Shown here in pieces: positions 18,891-27,132 of a stretch of DNA of 64,000 nt. The translations under genes and the position numbers were made by a program. Numbering within the stretch: position 1 is the first letter of the stretch; every line of letters begins with the position of its first letter. Under the pieces are notes generated by a model, which saw only the letters and a list, made by a program, of their open reading frames with translations, did not search any database and was not told the DNA's origin. The stretch is from Chthoniobacteraceae bacterium (GTDB lineage Bacteria; Verrucomicrobiota; Verrucomicrobiia; Chthoniobacterales; Chthoniobacteraceae), in assembly GCA_037190965.1 (NCBI GenBank), contig JBBCKI010000030.1:64001-128000 (forward strand), in the 5' to 3' direction.

Positions 18891-20369
18891 ATGCCAACCT
18901 CTTCCAAAGCGATCTCCCCACTGCTGAACGCACCGGGCGGATTCGTCGGCAGGCGATGGATTCGCGATGCGGCCCGCTTTTTCGCGGTACGCAACCCCGC
19001 TACCGGAGAACTGCTCGCGCGGCTTCCCGCGCTGGGAGCCAAAGAGACGGAAGCCGCCATTGCGGCGGCGGATGAAAACATGCACCACGCACGGCTCTCG
19101 CCGTCATCCCCGGAAACCCGGGCGCAATGGCTTCGATCCATCGCCGGGCTTCTCCTCGAAAACCGCGAAGAGCTGGCCCGCATCATCACGATGGAACAAG
19201 GCAAACCTCTGGAGGAAGCCCGCACGGAGGTCGACTACGGCGCGGGGTTTTTCCAGTTCTTTGGCGACCCGCTCAATGGACGCGAACTCGCCCCCCGGCG
19301 ATTGAAGGGGAAGATCCGCGGCTGCGGCTGGACGGTGCATCACCGCCCGACGGGCGTCGCGGCGCTCATCACCCCGTGGAACTTCCCGCTCGCGATGCTG
19401 GCTAAAAAACTGGCGGCCGCGCTGGCGGCCGGATGTGCCGTCGTCGTCAAACCCTCCGAGTTGACCCCACTGACCAGCGTCGCTCTCTGGAAATTGCTGG
19501 AGAAGGTGGATCTTCCCACAGGCCAGGCCAATTTCCTGGTCGGCCCGCCTGCCGCGATCGGCGGCGCGCTCTGCCGCGACGAACGGGTGCGGCTATTGAG
19601 CTTTACCGGCTCCACCGCCGTGGGGCGGCTTCTCTATCGCCAATCCGCCGGGACGCTCAAGAGACTGGCTTTGGAACTGGGCGGGAATGCGCCGTTCATC
19701 GTTTTCGAAGACGCCGATCTCGACGCTGCCGTTGACGCCCTGGTGGCCAATAAGTTCCGGTGCGCGGGGCAAACCTGCGTCTGCACCAACCGCGTCTACC
19801 TGCACCGCCGCATCCACCCGCCGTTTGTGGAAGCACTGACAGAGCGGGTCCGCGCGCTGAAGGTGGGCAATGGGCTTGAGCCAGGCACCCAGATCGGCCC
19901 GCTCATTAACCGGGAGGGGTTTCGCAAGGTTTCCGCGCATGTCGCCGACGCCCTGCGCCGGGGGGCAAAGCGGGTAACCGGGGCCGCTCCGAAAGCCCAC
20001 GAAAAGGAGTGGGGACTCTATTTTCCGCCCACGGTGCTCACCGGAGCGACCTCGGAAATGCGGGTGTTCCGGGAGGAGACGTTCGGGCCCGTGATTTCCA
20101 TCGCCTCGTTCGCGACGGAGGCCGAGGTGATCCGGGCAGCCAATAGCACCCCCTATGGTCTGGCGGCTTACTGCTTCACTCAGGATGCCGCCCGCGCCGA
20201 ACGTATCGCCCCGGCGCTTGCCTTTGGGCATCTCGCGATCAATAGCGGCACCGGCCCGACGCCGGAGGCACCTTTCGGTGGATGCAAACAATCGGGCTTT
20301 GGGCGCGAAGGCGGACTGGAAGGGTTGCTGGAGTTTTGCGAGACGCAATCCGTAGCGACGGCTGGCTAA
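18891..20369 (+). CDS. NAD(P)-dependent aldehyde dehydrogenase, succinate-semialdehyde dehydrogenase (GabD) type
   Basis: ITPWNFP, SFTGST, LELGGNAPFIVF, AGQTCVC, EETFGP, PFGGCKQSGFGREG. Confidence 0.9.
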   Translation: MPTSSKAISPLLNAPGGFVGRRWIRDAARFFAVRNPATGELLARLPALGAKETEAAIAAADENMHHARLSPSSPETRAQWLRSIAGLLLENREELARIITMEQGKPLEEARTEVDYGAGFFQFFGDPLNGRELAPRRLKGKIRGCGWTVHHRPTGVAALITPWNFPLAMLAKKLAAALAAGCAVVVKPSELTPLTSVALWKLLEKVDLPTGQANFLVGPPAAIGGALCRDERVRLLSFTGSTAVGRLLYRQSAGTLKRLALELGGNAPFIVFEDADLDAAVDALVANKFRCAGQTCVCTNRVYLHRRIHPPFVEALTERVRALKVGNGLEPGTQIGPLINREGFRKVSAHVADALRRGAKRVTGAAPKAHEKEWGLYFPPTVLTGATSEMRVFREETFGPVISIASFATEAEVIRAANSTPYGLAAYCFTQDAARAERIAPALAFGHLAINSGTGPTPEAPFGGCKQSGFGREGGLEGLLEFCETQSVATAG

Positions 20370-20538
20370 TTTTAGCCAACACGCTGGCCTGAATGGCTAA
20401 ATTCTCACCCGCAATCGACCATGGGTCTGGGAGGTTGAAGAGGGGTTCTTCAGAAAATCTAAAATTATAAGTCGTTTATTACAAGCGACTTATAAAATAT
20501 TCATTTTATTTCCACATCAGTTGGCAAGGGGGCTGCTA
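20363..20538 (+). promoter_or_regulatory. Putative sigma54 promoter with upstream palindromic enhancer and IHF-like site
   Basis: TGGCAAGGGGGCTGCT at 20522 (GG-N10-GC). TGGCTAA-TT-TTAGCCA at 20363-20378 with a partial second copy near 20394. AT-rich palindrome TTATAAGTCG..CGACTTATAA at 20465-20495. Confidence 0.65.
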
Positions 20539-20572
20539 AAGGCCGGAATCGCAAGATTCAACCATCCCTTAT

Positions 20573-21475
20573 ATGCTCCAACACACACAGTCCAAATTCC
20601 TCCTTTGTGCAAGCATTGCAGCGGCGACGCTTTCCTCCTCTCTGTTTGCCGGGACCACGATTCAGAGCAAGGAAACGACAGCACCGCTCGTCGACGAATT
20701 AAAGAAGTCGGCCATCACCGGTGACCTCGGCGTCAACTTCGTCTCCCAGTATGTGCTGCGCGGCCTTGTCTACGAAAACCAGGGAGTGATCGCCCAGCCG
20801 TACCTCAACCTTTACTTCAACCTCTATGAAGGGGACGGCTTCATCAACAAGGTGAGCCTGATCGCGGGAATCTGGTCCAGTATTCACTCCCGGCACACCG
20901 ATGCCCACCCCGGGAGCACGGTGCCAGCCTGGTTTGAATTCGACTACACGCCGGGCATTGCCGTGACGTTTGCCAAGAACTTCACGCTGACCTCCAGCTT
21001 CTTCTCCTATACCAGCCCGAACGGCGGATTCGACACCTTCTATGGGCTCAACTTCCAGCTCAACTACGACGACACCGACCTGCTGGGAGCCTTCGCTTTG
21101 CACCCGCACGTGACTTACCTGCGCGAGTTGGAAGGCAAGGCGGGCAGCGGTTCCTCGGAAGGCAACTACTATGAAATCGGCATCGCTCCGGCCCTCCCGG
21201 CCTGGGGCCCTCTGACGGTCACTCTCCCGATGAACGTCGGGTTCGGCTCGCACCAGTTCTACGCCGCGAATACCGGCTTCGGGTACTTCTCAGGCGGAGT
21301 CAATGCCGCCATCGCGCTCGGCTTCATTCCCGAGCAATACGGCTCCTGGGCTCTCACCACCAGCGCGACGTACTACTATCTCAACGGCTCGCTCGCGGAC
21401 TTCAACAACCCGAATGTCCGCCCCTCCCGGCACAACGAGTTTGTGTTCAGTGGCGGCATCGGGCTGACCTTCTAG
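20573..21475 (+). CDS. Outer-membrane beta-barrel protein, TorF/Gcw_chp-like putative porin (paralog 1)
   Basis: Signal peptide, SQYVLRG motif near the N-terminus, alternating amphipathic strands, C-terminal GIGLTF beta-signal. Confidence 0.75.
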   Translation: MLQHTQSKFLLCASIAAATLSSSLFAGTTIQSKETTAPLVDELKKSAITGDLGVNFVSQYVLRGLVYENQGVIAQPYLNLYFNLYEGDGFINKVSLIAGIWSSIHSRHTDAHPGSTVPAWFEFDYTPGIAVTFAKNFTLTSSFFSYTSPNGGFDTFYGLNFQLNYDDTDLLGAFALHPHVTYLRELEGKAGSGSSEGNYYEIGIAPALPAWGPLTVTLPMNVGFGSHQFYAANTGFGYFSGGVNAAIALGFIPEQYGSWALTTSATYYYLNGSLADFNNPNVRPSRHNEFVFSGGIGLTF

Positions 21476-21545
21476 TCCAAAGGTAAGAAAAAACCTTACA
21501 CAAAAAGTTCCCTCCTCAACCGACCTTGTCCCAAGCCAGGTCGCA

Positions 21546-21587
21546 GGCCTCTCTCGCTTACTCCGGGCGAGAGAGGCCCATTTTTTT
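21546..21587 (+). terminator. Rho-independent terminator
   Basis: GGCCTCTCTCGC-loop-GCGAGAGAGGCC followed by T7. Confidence 0.85.
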
Positions 21588-21837
21588 AAAAGCTCGTAAG
21601 TCGCTCATAATAAACACGATACAGGAGATCCAACAGCTTGACGGTCGACACATTCCCCTAGGTGTCTACGGCAACAATCCCTTATAATGGACTAGAAAAA
21701 ATCCTGAGCGCCCGATTGGGACTTCCCCCTAGGAAAAAAGTTCCTTTCCTCGGTCTGCCGAGTTTGGTAAATGGCTCGTTAACCCGGGCTAAGCCTAGCC
21801 TCCGGTTCCAACAGCAACAAACCAACACACACACACA

Positions 21838-22737
21838 ATGGTTAAATCCAACAACCTCAAACTGACGCTCTGCGCCAGCATCGCTTTGGCTGGCTCGGTC
21901 CTCCCGGTTCTCGCTGGTCCTACGGTGACCGCTTCCGCCAAGGAGACCCAGACGTTGGTCGAAGAAAGCCAGAAGTCGGCCATCTCGGGCGACCTCGGGT
22001 TCAACATCACCTCCCAATACATCAATCGTGGTGTCGTCCGGGAGAACCAGGGTGTCATCGGTCAGCCGTACATCGACCTCTACTTCAATGTGTACGAGGG
22101 CGAAGGTTTCCTGAACCGTGTCAGCTTCGTTCTCGGCGCCTGGGGGAGCCTCCACTCCGCCAAGACCCACGCCATCGCCGGCAGCACGACCTCCGGCTGG
22201 TATGAGTTCGACTATTCCGCCGGCATTGCCTTCACGGTTGCCCGGAATCTGACGATCACCCCGAGCTATGCGGAATTCAACAGCCCGAACGACGCGTTCA
22301 GCGCCTCGCGGAACCTGAACGTCCGTTTGGACTACAACGATTCCGAACTCCTCGGCGCGTTCGCTCTGCACCCGCACTTCACCTACCTGCGTGAGCTGGA
22401 AGGTAAAGTCGGCAATGGCAAGAGCCAGGGTAACTACTACGAAGTCGGCGTGGCCCCAGCCCTCCCTGCCTTCGGTCCTGTGACGGTCACCATCCCGCTC
22501 ACCACCGCCTTCGGTTCCAACCGCTTCTACGCGGGCAACCAAGGCTTCGGTTACTTCTCGGGTGGCGTGAACGCCGCCGTGGCGCTCGACTTCATCCCGG
22601 CTGCCTACGGCTCCTGGACGGTCAACGCCGGCGCGACCTACTACTACCTGAATGGCTCGCTCTCCAAGGCGAACAGCATTCAGGCCCAAGGAAACAACAC
22701 GTTTGTTTTCAACGGTGGTCTGAACCTCGCGTTCTAA
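21838..22737 (+). CDS. Outer-membrane beta-barrel protein, TorF/Gcw_chp-like putative porin (paralog 2)
   Basis: Colinear with 20573-21475 (shared KSAI.GDLG, ENQGVI.QPY, LLGAFALHPH.TYLRELEGK, GFGYFSGGVNAA); ends in LAF. Confidence 0.75.
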   Translation: MVKSNNLKLTLCASIALAGSVLPVLAGPTVTASAKETQTLVEESQKSAISGDLGFNITSQYINRGVVRENQGVIGQPYIDLYFNVYEGEGFLNRVSFVLGAWGSLHSAKTHAIAGSTTSGWYEFDYSAGIAFTVARNLTITPSYAEFNSPNDAFSASRNLNVRLDYNDSELLGAFALHPHFTYLRELEGKVGNGKSQGNYYEVGVAPALPAFGPVTVTIPLTTAFGSNRFYAGNQGFGYFSGGVNAAVALDFIPAAYGSWTVNAGATYYYLNGSLSKANSIQAQGNNTFVFNGGLNLAF

Positions 22738-22756
22738 GGAACCCTGTTCCTTCATG

Positions 22757-22792
22757 GGTTTCCCCGGTTCATTCCGGGGAAACCTTTTTTTT
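22757..22792 (+). terminator. Rho-independent terminator
   Basis: GGTTTCCCCGG-TTCATT-CCGGGGAAACC followed by T8. Confidence 0.9.
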
Positions 22793-22944
22793 GGCCTTTT
22801 TTTGGCTCAGCCGATTTTCAACCTGAACTCCGATTTTGGAGCGGAAGAGATTGCGTAAAATCTTGGAGCAGAAACGGTTGAGGAGATGCGAAAGCGTATC
22901 TTTAGATACGGTGAGCTTCGACGATACCGTTTATGCCCAAGAGG

Positions 22945-23721
22945 TTACGCAAGACCGCAGCGATCAACTTCGGAGTTCAGGTTCAACTCTTGAAACCGCT
23001 CTTTGAGCAACTCCGCCGGCCACTGCCCGGGAACCTGAGGCTTGTCGAGATAGCCGTAGTTCAGCACCGACCCCGCCGCGCCCAATGCCACCCGGGAGAT
23101 CTTCCCGAATTCCCCCATCCCCATCACCGCGAGTTGCAGATTCGCCCGACGCCGCGGCCCCCGGCCGTCCCGACGCTCGATATACTGGGTCAGAAATTGA
23201 AGCAACGTGGAGAAATCACCCGCCGTCTTCGCCGTCGTCGCGACCTTGAAAACCGTGGCTCCCGCCGCTTCCGCCCTTCCGGCAAGCTCCTGAAGACGCC
23301 CGAGCGACGGCGTCGCACGAAAGTCGTGATGCGAGAGAATGACGCCCACTTCCTGTTCGCGCACCTCCTCAAGAAGACTGACAAACCCGGAGGCCAGGGC
23401 CGAGCGAAGCTCCACATCAACCAAACTGGCATAGGGCAAAAACTCGCGCATCAATGCGAGCCGACGCGGCGCAGGGAGAGCGTTTGCCCCCCCCTCCTTC
23501 GGATCGCGCACGGTCACGACCAGAGGCGCAGGCAATTTGTCCGCCGCCTTTTTCAATTGAGTGAGCAGAGATTCACTTTCCGCGAATCCATCCACCCTCA
23601 ATTCAAGAAAATCGACAGCTCCCTTTCGCAGTTTTTGAGCGGCTTTCAGGGAAGCCGGGCTGTGAATTGTTCCAATAACCGACCCTGAATGCAGAGCATT
23701 GGTTGTTTTTCTCAAAGACAT
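22945..23721 (-). CDS. aroD: Type I 3-dehydroquinate dehydratase
   Basis: LELRVD, VTVRDPKEGG, VDVEL, ILSHHDF, FKVA, MGMGEFGKISRV, PGQ; start uncertain. Confidence 0.9.
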   Translation of the reverse strand: MSLRKTTNALHSGSVIGTIHSPASLKAAQKLRKGAVDFLELRVDGFAESESLLTQLKKAADKLPAPLVVTVRDPKEGGANALPAPRRLALMREFLPYASLVDVELRSALASGFVSLLEEVREQEVGVILSHHDFRATPSLGRLQELAGRAEAAGATVFKVATTAKTAGDFSTLLQFLTQYIERRDGRGPRRRANLQLAVMGMGEFGKISRVALGAAGSVLNYGYLDKPQVPGQWPAELLKERFQELNLNSEVDRCGLA

Positions 23722-23897
23722 AATGTTATGGTCGAAGGCTTCTGTTGTTCCAACAGGCCTTTTAGAAGACGCCATTCCACGAAACATGCAGCCAACAGGT
23801 TACTTTCATCAAGGATTTACGGTTCCTTTCGGGCCGCGAGTCCCCCTGATCCCCCCCGGATGGTTGGTTGATTGGGCGCAGTAACTTCTCTCCCGCA

Positions 23898-25289
23898 ATG
23901 ATCGGTCGCAAACAAGAAATCAACCTTCAGTTCCAGCAAATCGTCGATGGCGCGCTTCTGGTAATCGCTTTTTGGGGAGGGCACCTCCTTCGTTATTTCG
24001 CCACCGACTGGTTCGGCCTCGATTGGCAGATTCCAAAATTCGACCAGTTCCGCTGGCTCCTTTTCATCATCATGCCGTTCGGCCCCATTCTTTTGGAGCT
24101 TCAAGGGTATTACACTCACGCGCTTCAAAAGACGCTTTGGCGCTCATTCTCCCAGATGGCTCGCGCAGCGTTCTGGCTGAGTCTGATCATCGCCGGGTGC
24201 GTGATCTTTTTCCGCCTGGAGGTCCCTAGCCGCGCAGTCATTCTCCTTTTCGGCCTGTTCGCCATGGTCCTTCTGCTCCTTCGGGAGCAATTGACGATCC
24301 TCATCATCCGCACCCGCGCCCGAAGCGGCCACTACCGCGAGCCGGTGCTCCTGGCGGGAACTCCGGAAGACATGAAGGCGCTGCGGAAGACATTCACCCC
24401 GGAGCAACTGCTGGAAATGGAGATTACCGGGGAAATCGACATCGAGAAACAGCCGGTGGGCGATCTGGTCGAAATGCTGCACAAGCACTCGATCAGCCGC
24501 GTGATCTTCGCGGGCAACCATTCCCACGTCAACCGGCTCCAGGAAGCCATCGGCGCGTGCGAGATCGAAGGGGTGGAGGCATGGCTGGTGGCGGACTTCA
24601 TCAAGACCTCCATTGCACGCCCCGCTTTTGACGTGCTCGGGGGACGCGCCATGCTGGTCTTCCGCACGACTCCCGAGGTCTCCTGGGCCCTGATGGTGAA
24701 AGGAATGATCGATCGCGTGGGCGCATTCCTGATTCTGCTCGCCGCCTCCCCCGTGCTCCTGGCGGCAGCGATCGGCATCAAACTCACCTCGCCGGGCCCC
24801 ATCATTTTCTGTCAACAGCGCGGCGGCAAACATGGGCGGCCCTTCAAGATGTATAAATTCCGCACCATGAACACCAACGCCGAGATGCTCCGGGCGGAAC
24901 TCGCCGCGCAGAACGAGATGAGTGGCCCGGTTTTCAAGGTCGGCAACGACCCGCGCATTACCAAACTGGGGCGCTGGCTGCGCAAAACCAGTATCGACGA
25001 GCTCCCCCAGCTCGTAAACGTTCTGAAGGGCCAGATGAGCCTCGTCGGCCCAAGGCCGCTGCCTCTCTACGAGGTTGAGCAATTCGAAAACTCCGCACAA
25101 CGGCGCCGCCTGAGCGTCAAGCCGGGCCTCACCTGCCTCTGGCAGATCAGCGGACGCAGCAATGTAACCTCTTTTGAGGATTGGGTGAAACTCGACCTCG
25201 CCTACATCGACAACTGGTCCATCTGGCTGGACCTGAAGATTCTGCTAAAAACCGTTCCGGCCGTACTTTTTGGAATGGGCGCGCGATAA
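23898..25289 (+). CDS. Polyprenyl-phosphate sugar phosphotransferase (WcaJ/WbaP family, EPS initiation)
   Basis: N-terminal TM bundle; FKMYKFRTM, DPRITKLGRWLRKTSIDELPQL, MSLVGPRP, VKPGLTCLWQISGRS. Confidence 0.95.
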   Translation: MIGRKQEINLQFQQIVDGALLVIAFWGGHLLRYFATDWFGLDWQIPKFDQFRWLLFIIMPFGPILLELQGYYTHALQKTLWRSFSQMARAAFWLSLIIAGCVIFFRLEVPSRAVILLFGLFAMVLLLLREQLTILIIRTRARSGHYREPVLLAGTPEDMKALRKTFTPEQLLEMEITGEIDIEKQPVGDLVEMLHKHSISRVIFAGNHSHVNRLQEAIGACEIEGVEAWLVADFIKTSIARPAFDVLGGRAMLVFRTTPEVSWALMVKGMIDRVGAFLILLAASPVLLAAAIGIKLTSPGPIIFCQQRGGKHGRPFKMYKFRTMNTNAEMLRAELAAQNEMSGPVFKVGNDPRITKLGRWLRKTSIDELPQLVNVLKGQMSLVGPRPLPLYEVEQFENSAQRRRLSVKPGLTCLWQISGRSNVTSFEDWVKLDLAYIDNWSIWLDLKILLKTVPAVLFGMGAR

Positions 25290-25417
25290 AAGCAAAAGCC
25301 CTTGCGTGTTTCAGCGGCAGGCGTTAATATCTGGTCCAGATGAGGGTTGTGCCCCGGCCACCCGACATCCCGCCGAACCAAAATGTTGGCCAATATTAAG
25401 AATAATAATATTTTTTA

Positions 25418-25446
25418 TTGCCACCCCAAAAGTTCGCGGGTATTTT
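25418..25446 (+). promoter_or_regulatory. sigma70-type promoter with AT-rich UP element
   Basis: TTGCCA-17 bp-TATTTT preceded by a very AT-rich tract (25393-25417). Confidence 0.6.
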
Positions 25447-25450
25447 CATC

Positions 25451-25523
25451 ACAGATTTAAGAATTGTTCTGGGGGGAACATGAGCCCTTCGCGACCACTC
25501 GGTCGCGGGGGGCTCAATTTTTT
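25451..25523 (+). ncRNA. Candidate ~70-nt small RNA or attenuated leader
   Basis: Lies between the promoter above and a 16-bp hairpin (TGAGCCCTTCGCGACC-ACTC-GGTCGCGGGGGGCTCA) followed by T6; no convincing ORF. Confidence 0.5.
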
Positions 25524-25557
25524 GCCCTGAAACCGAGGGACCCCTCATCGATTTTTC

Positions 25558-26313
25558 ATGGATTTCTTCCATCTCACCCTGGAGCAGTGGCTCCTCGCGA
25601 TTCTCGCCGCGCTCTTTGTGGGAATCTCGAAGGCTGGATTCGGCGGGTTCGGAATGCTGACGGTCGCCCTGATGGCCACCCTCATGAAGGGGCACGAGCT
25701 TGAATCAACCGGCATCGTGCTTCCCATGCTGATCTGTGGCGATCTTCTCGCGGTCCGGGCGTTCCGCGGGCACGTTCGATGGCCGATCCTTCTGGGCCTT
25801 CTTCCTCCCGCGGTGGCGGGAGTGCTTGCCGGTTTTTTCTGGATGAGCGGCTTGAGCAATGTGGGGTTCAAGCCGGTGATCGGCTGGATTGTCCTCGCCC
25901 TCGTTGGGCTGCAACTCTTCCGACAATTCCGCCCCGTCCTTTTTCAGCATGTCCCCCACACCCGGACCTTTGCCTGGCTGGCGGGGACAAGCGCGGGATT
26001 CACCACCATGGTCGCCAATGCCGCCGGACCGATCATGACGCTTTACCTTCTGGCGGTCCAGTTGCCGAAGCTCGCCTTTGTCGGCACAGGAGCCTGGTAT
26101 TTCCTGATCGTGAACCTCATCAAGGTCCCTTTCAGCGCAAGCCTCGGCTTCATCACCCCCAACTCCCTCCTCTTCAACGCCGCCCTCATTCCCGCCGTCG
26201 CCGCGGGGCTTTTCACCGGGCGATACTTCCTCCACCGGATCGACCAGACGTTTTTCGAACGCCTCCTCCTTGCCCTCACCGCTCTCACGGCGCTCCATTT
26301 GATTATTTTTTAA
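25558..26313 (+). CDS. Sulfite exporter TauE/SafE (TSUP) family membrane protein
   Basis: GISKAGFGG, GIVLPMLICGD, AGFTTMVANAAGP; 251-aa multi-TM protein. Confidence 0.9.
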   Translation: MDFFHLTLEQWLLAILAALFVGISKAGFGGFGMLTVALMATLMKGHELESTGIVLPMLICGDLLAVRAFRGHVRWPILLGLLPPAVAGVLAGFFWMSGLSNVGFKPVIGWIVLALVGLQLFRQFRPVLFQHVPHTRTFAWLAGTSAGFTTMVANAAGPIMTLYLLAVQLPKLAFVGTGAWYFLIVNLIKVPFSASLGFITPNSLLFNAALIPAVAAGLFTGRYFLHRIDQTFFERLLLALTALTALHLIIF

Positions 26314-26372
26314 GAAACCGCGCGAAAGCTCTTGCTTCCCCGCGGTTTCCGGCTACCTTGCAAAGACCAGAT

Positions 26373-26449
26373 CGCGGGGTGGAGCAGCCTGGTAGCTCGT
26401 CAGGCTCATAACCTGAAGGCCGCGGGTTCAAATCCCGCCCCCGCAACCA
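26373..26449 (+). tRNA. tRNA-Met(CAT), initiator type
   Basis: 77-nt cloverleaf CGCGGGG...CCCGCAACCA; anticodon CAT at 26407-26409; C1:A72 mismatch; GGTTCAAATCC T-arm; encoded CCA. Confidence 0.97.
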
Positions 26450-26454
26450 CTTTC

Positions 26455-26488
26455 AAAGCCCGTAGAACCCCGTTTCTACGGGCTTTTT
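26455..26488. terminator. Probably bidirectional Rho-independent terminator
   Basis: AAAGCCCGTAGAA-loop-TTCTACGGGCTTTTT between the convergent tRNA and YqhA genes. Confidence 0.85.
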
Positions 26489-26507
26489 AGTTCCCCTCAT
26501 TTCCTGG

Positions 26508-27092
26508 TTAGTGCTTCCCCTTGGCTTCCGCGGCAGTAGCCGTGGATATTTTGTCCGTCAACGCCAGGAAAAGCGCGGAGGCCACGAAGGTGACATGAAG
26601 CACCACCTGCCAGAGGACGGCGTTGTCCGGCACCGGCTTCGAGCCGATTTCGATGAAGGTCTTGAGCAAATGAATCGATGAGATCCCGATGAGCGCGGTG
26701 GCCAGCTTGACCTTGAGCACTCCGGCGTTCACGTGCGAGAGCCATTCGGGCTGATCGGGATGCCCCTCAAGTTTGAGCCGCGAGACAAAGGTTTCATACC
26801 CGCCGACGATCACCATGATGAGGAGGTTGGCGATCATGACGACGTCGATTAACCCCAGCACGGTGAGCATGATCTGTTTCTCGTCGATCTTATGCGCGCC
26901 CATGAGGAGGTGCGAAAGCTCGAGGAAAAAGTGATAAACGTAGACCCCCTGCGCCACGATGAGGCCGACGTATAGCGGTGCCTGAAGCCACCGGCTCAGG
27001 AAGATGAAGTTCCCCAAAAGCCGAAGCGACTGCTGTTGCTGAGATGATACCATAGAATTGACTAGTGCTTTGCCACTAGGAGAATTGCTCAT
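26508..27092 (-). CDS. YqhA / UPF0114 family membrane protein
   Basis: SRWLQAPLYVGL, LGLIDVVMIANLLIMVIVGGYETFVS, LKVKLATALIGISSIHLL. Confidence 0.92.
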   Translation of the reverse strand: MSNSPSGKALVNSMVSSQQQQSLRLLGNFIFLSRWLQAPLYVGLIVAQGVYVYHFFLELSHLLMGAHKIDEKQIMLTVLGLIDVVMIANLLIMVIVGGYETFVSRLKLEGHPDQPEWLSHVNAGVLKVKLATALIGISSIHLLKTFIEIGSKPVPDNAVLWQVVLHVTFVASALFLALTDKISTATAAEAKGKH

Positions 27093-27132
27093 ATAGCGTT
27101 GGATTTCTGGTTCAGGGCTCTAGTTCACGGCA

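Noticed and set aside
21660..21837. Known riboswitch in the long leader of porin paralog 2
   Set aside because: I could not match it to any consensus by eye; an Rfam scan is needed.
26373..26510. tRNA as the attachment site of an integrative element
   Set aside because: No integrase and no duplicated tRNA 3' end were seen in the window.
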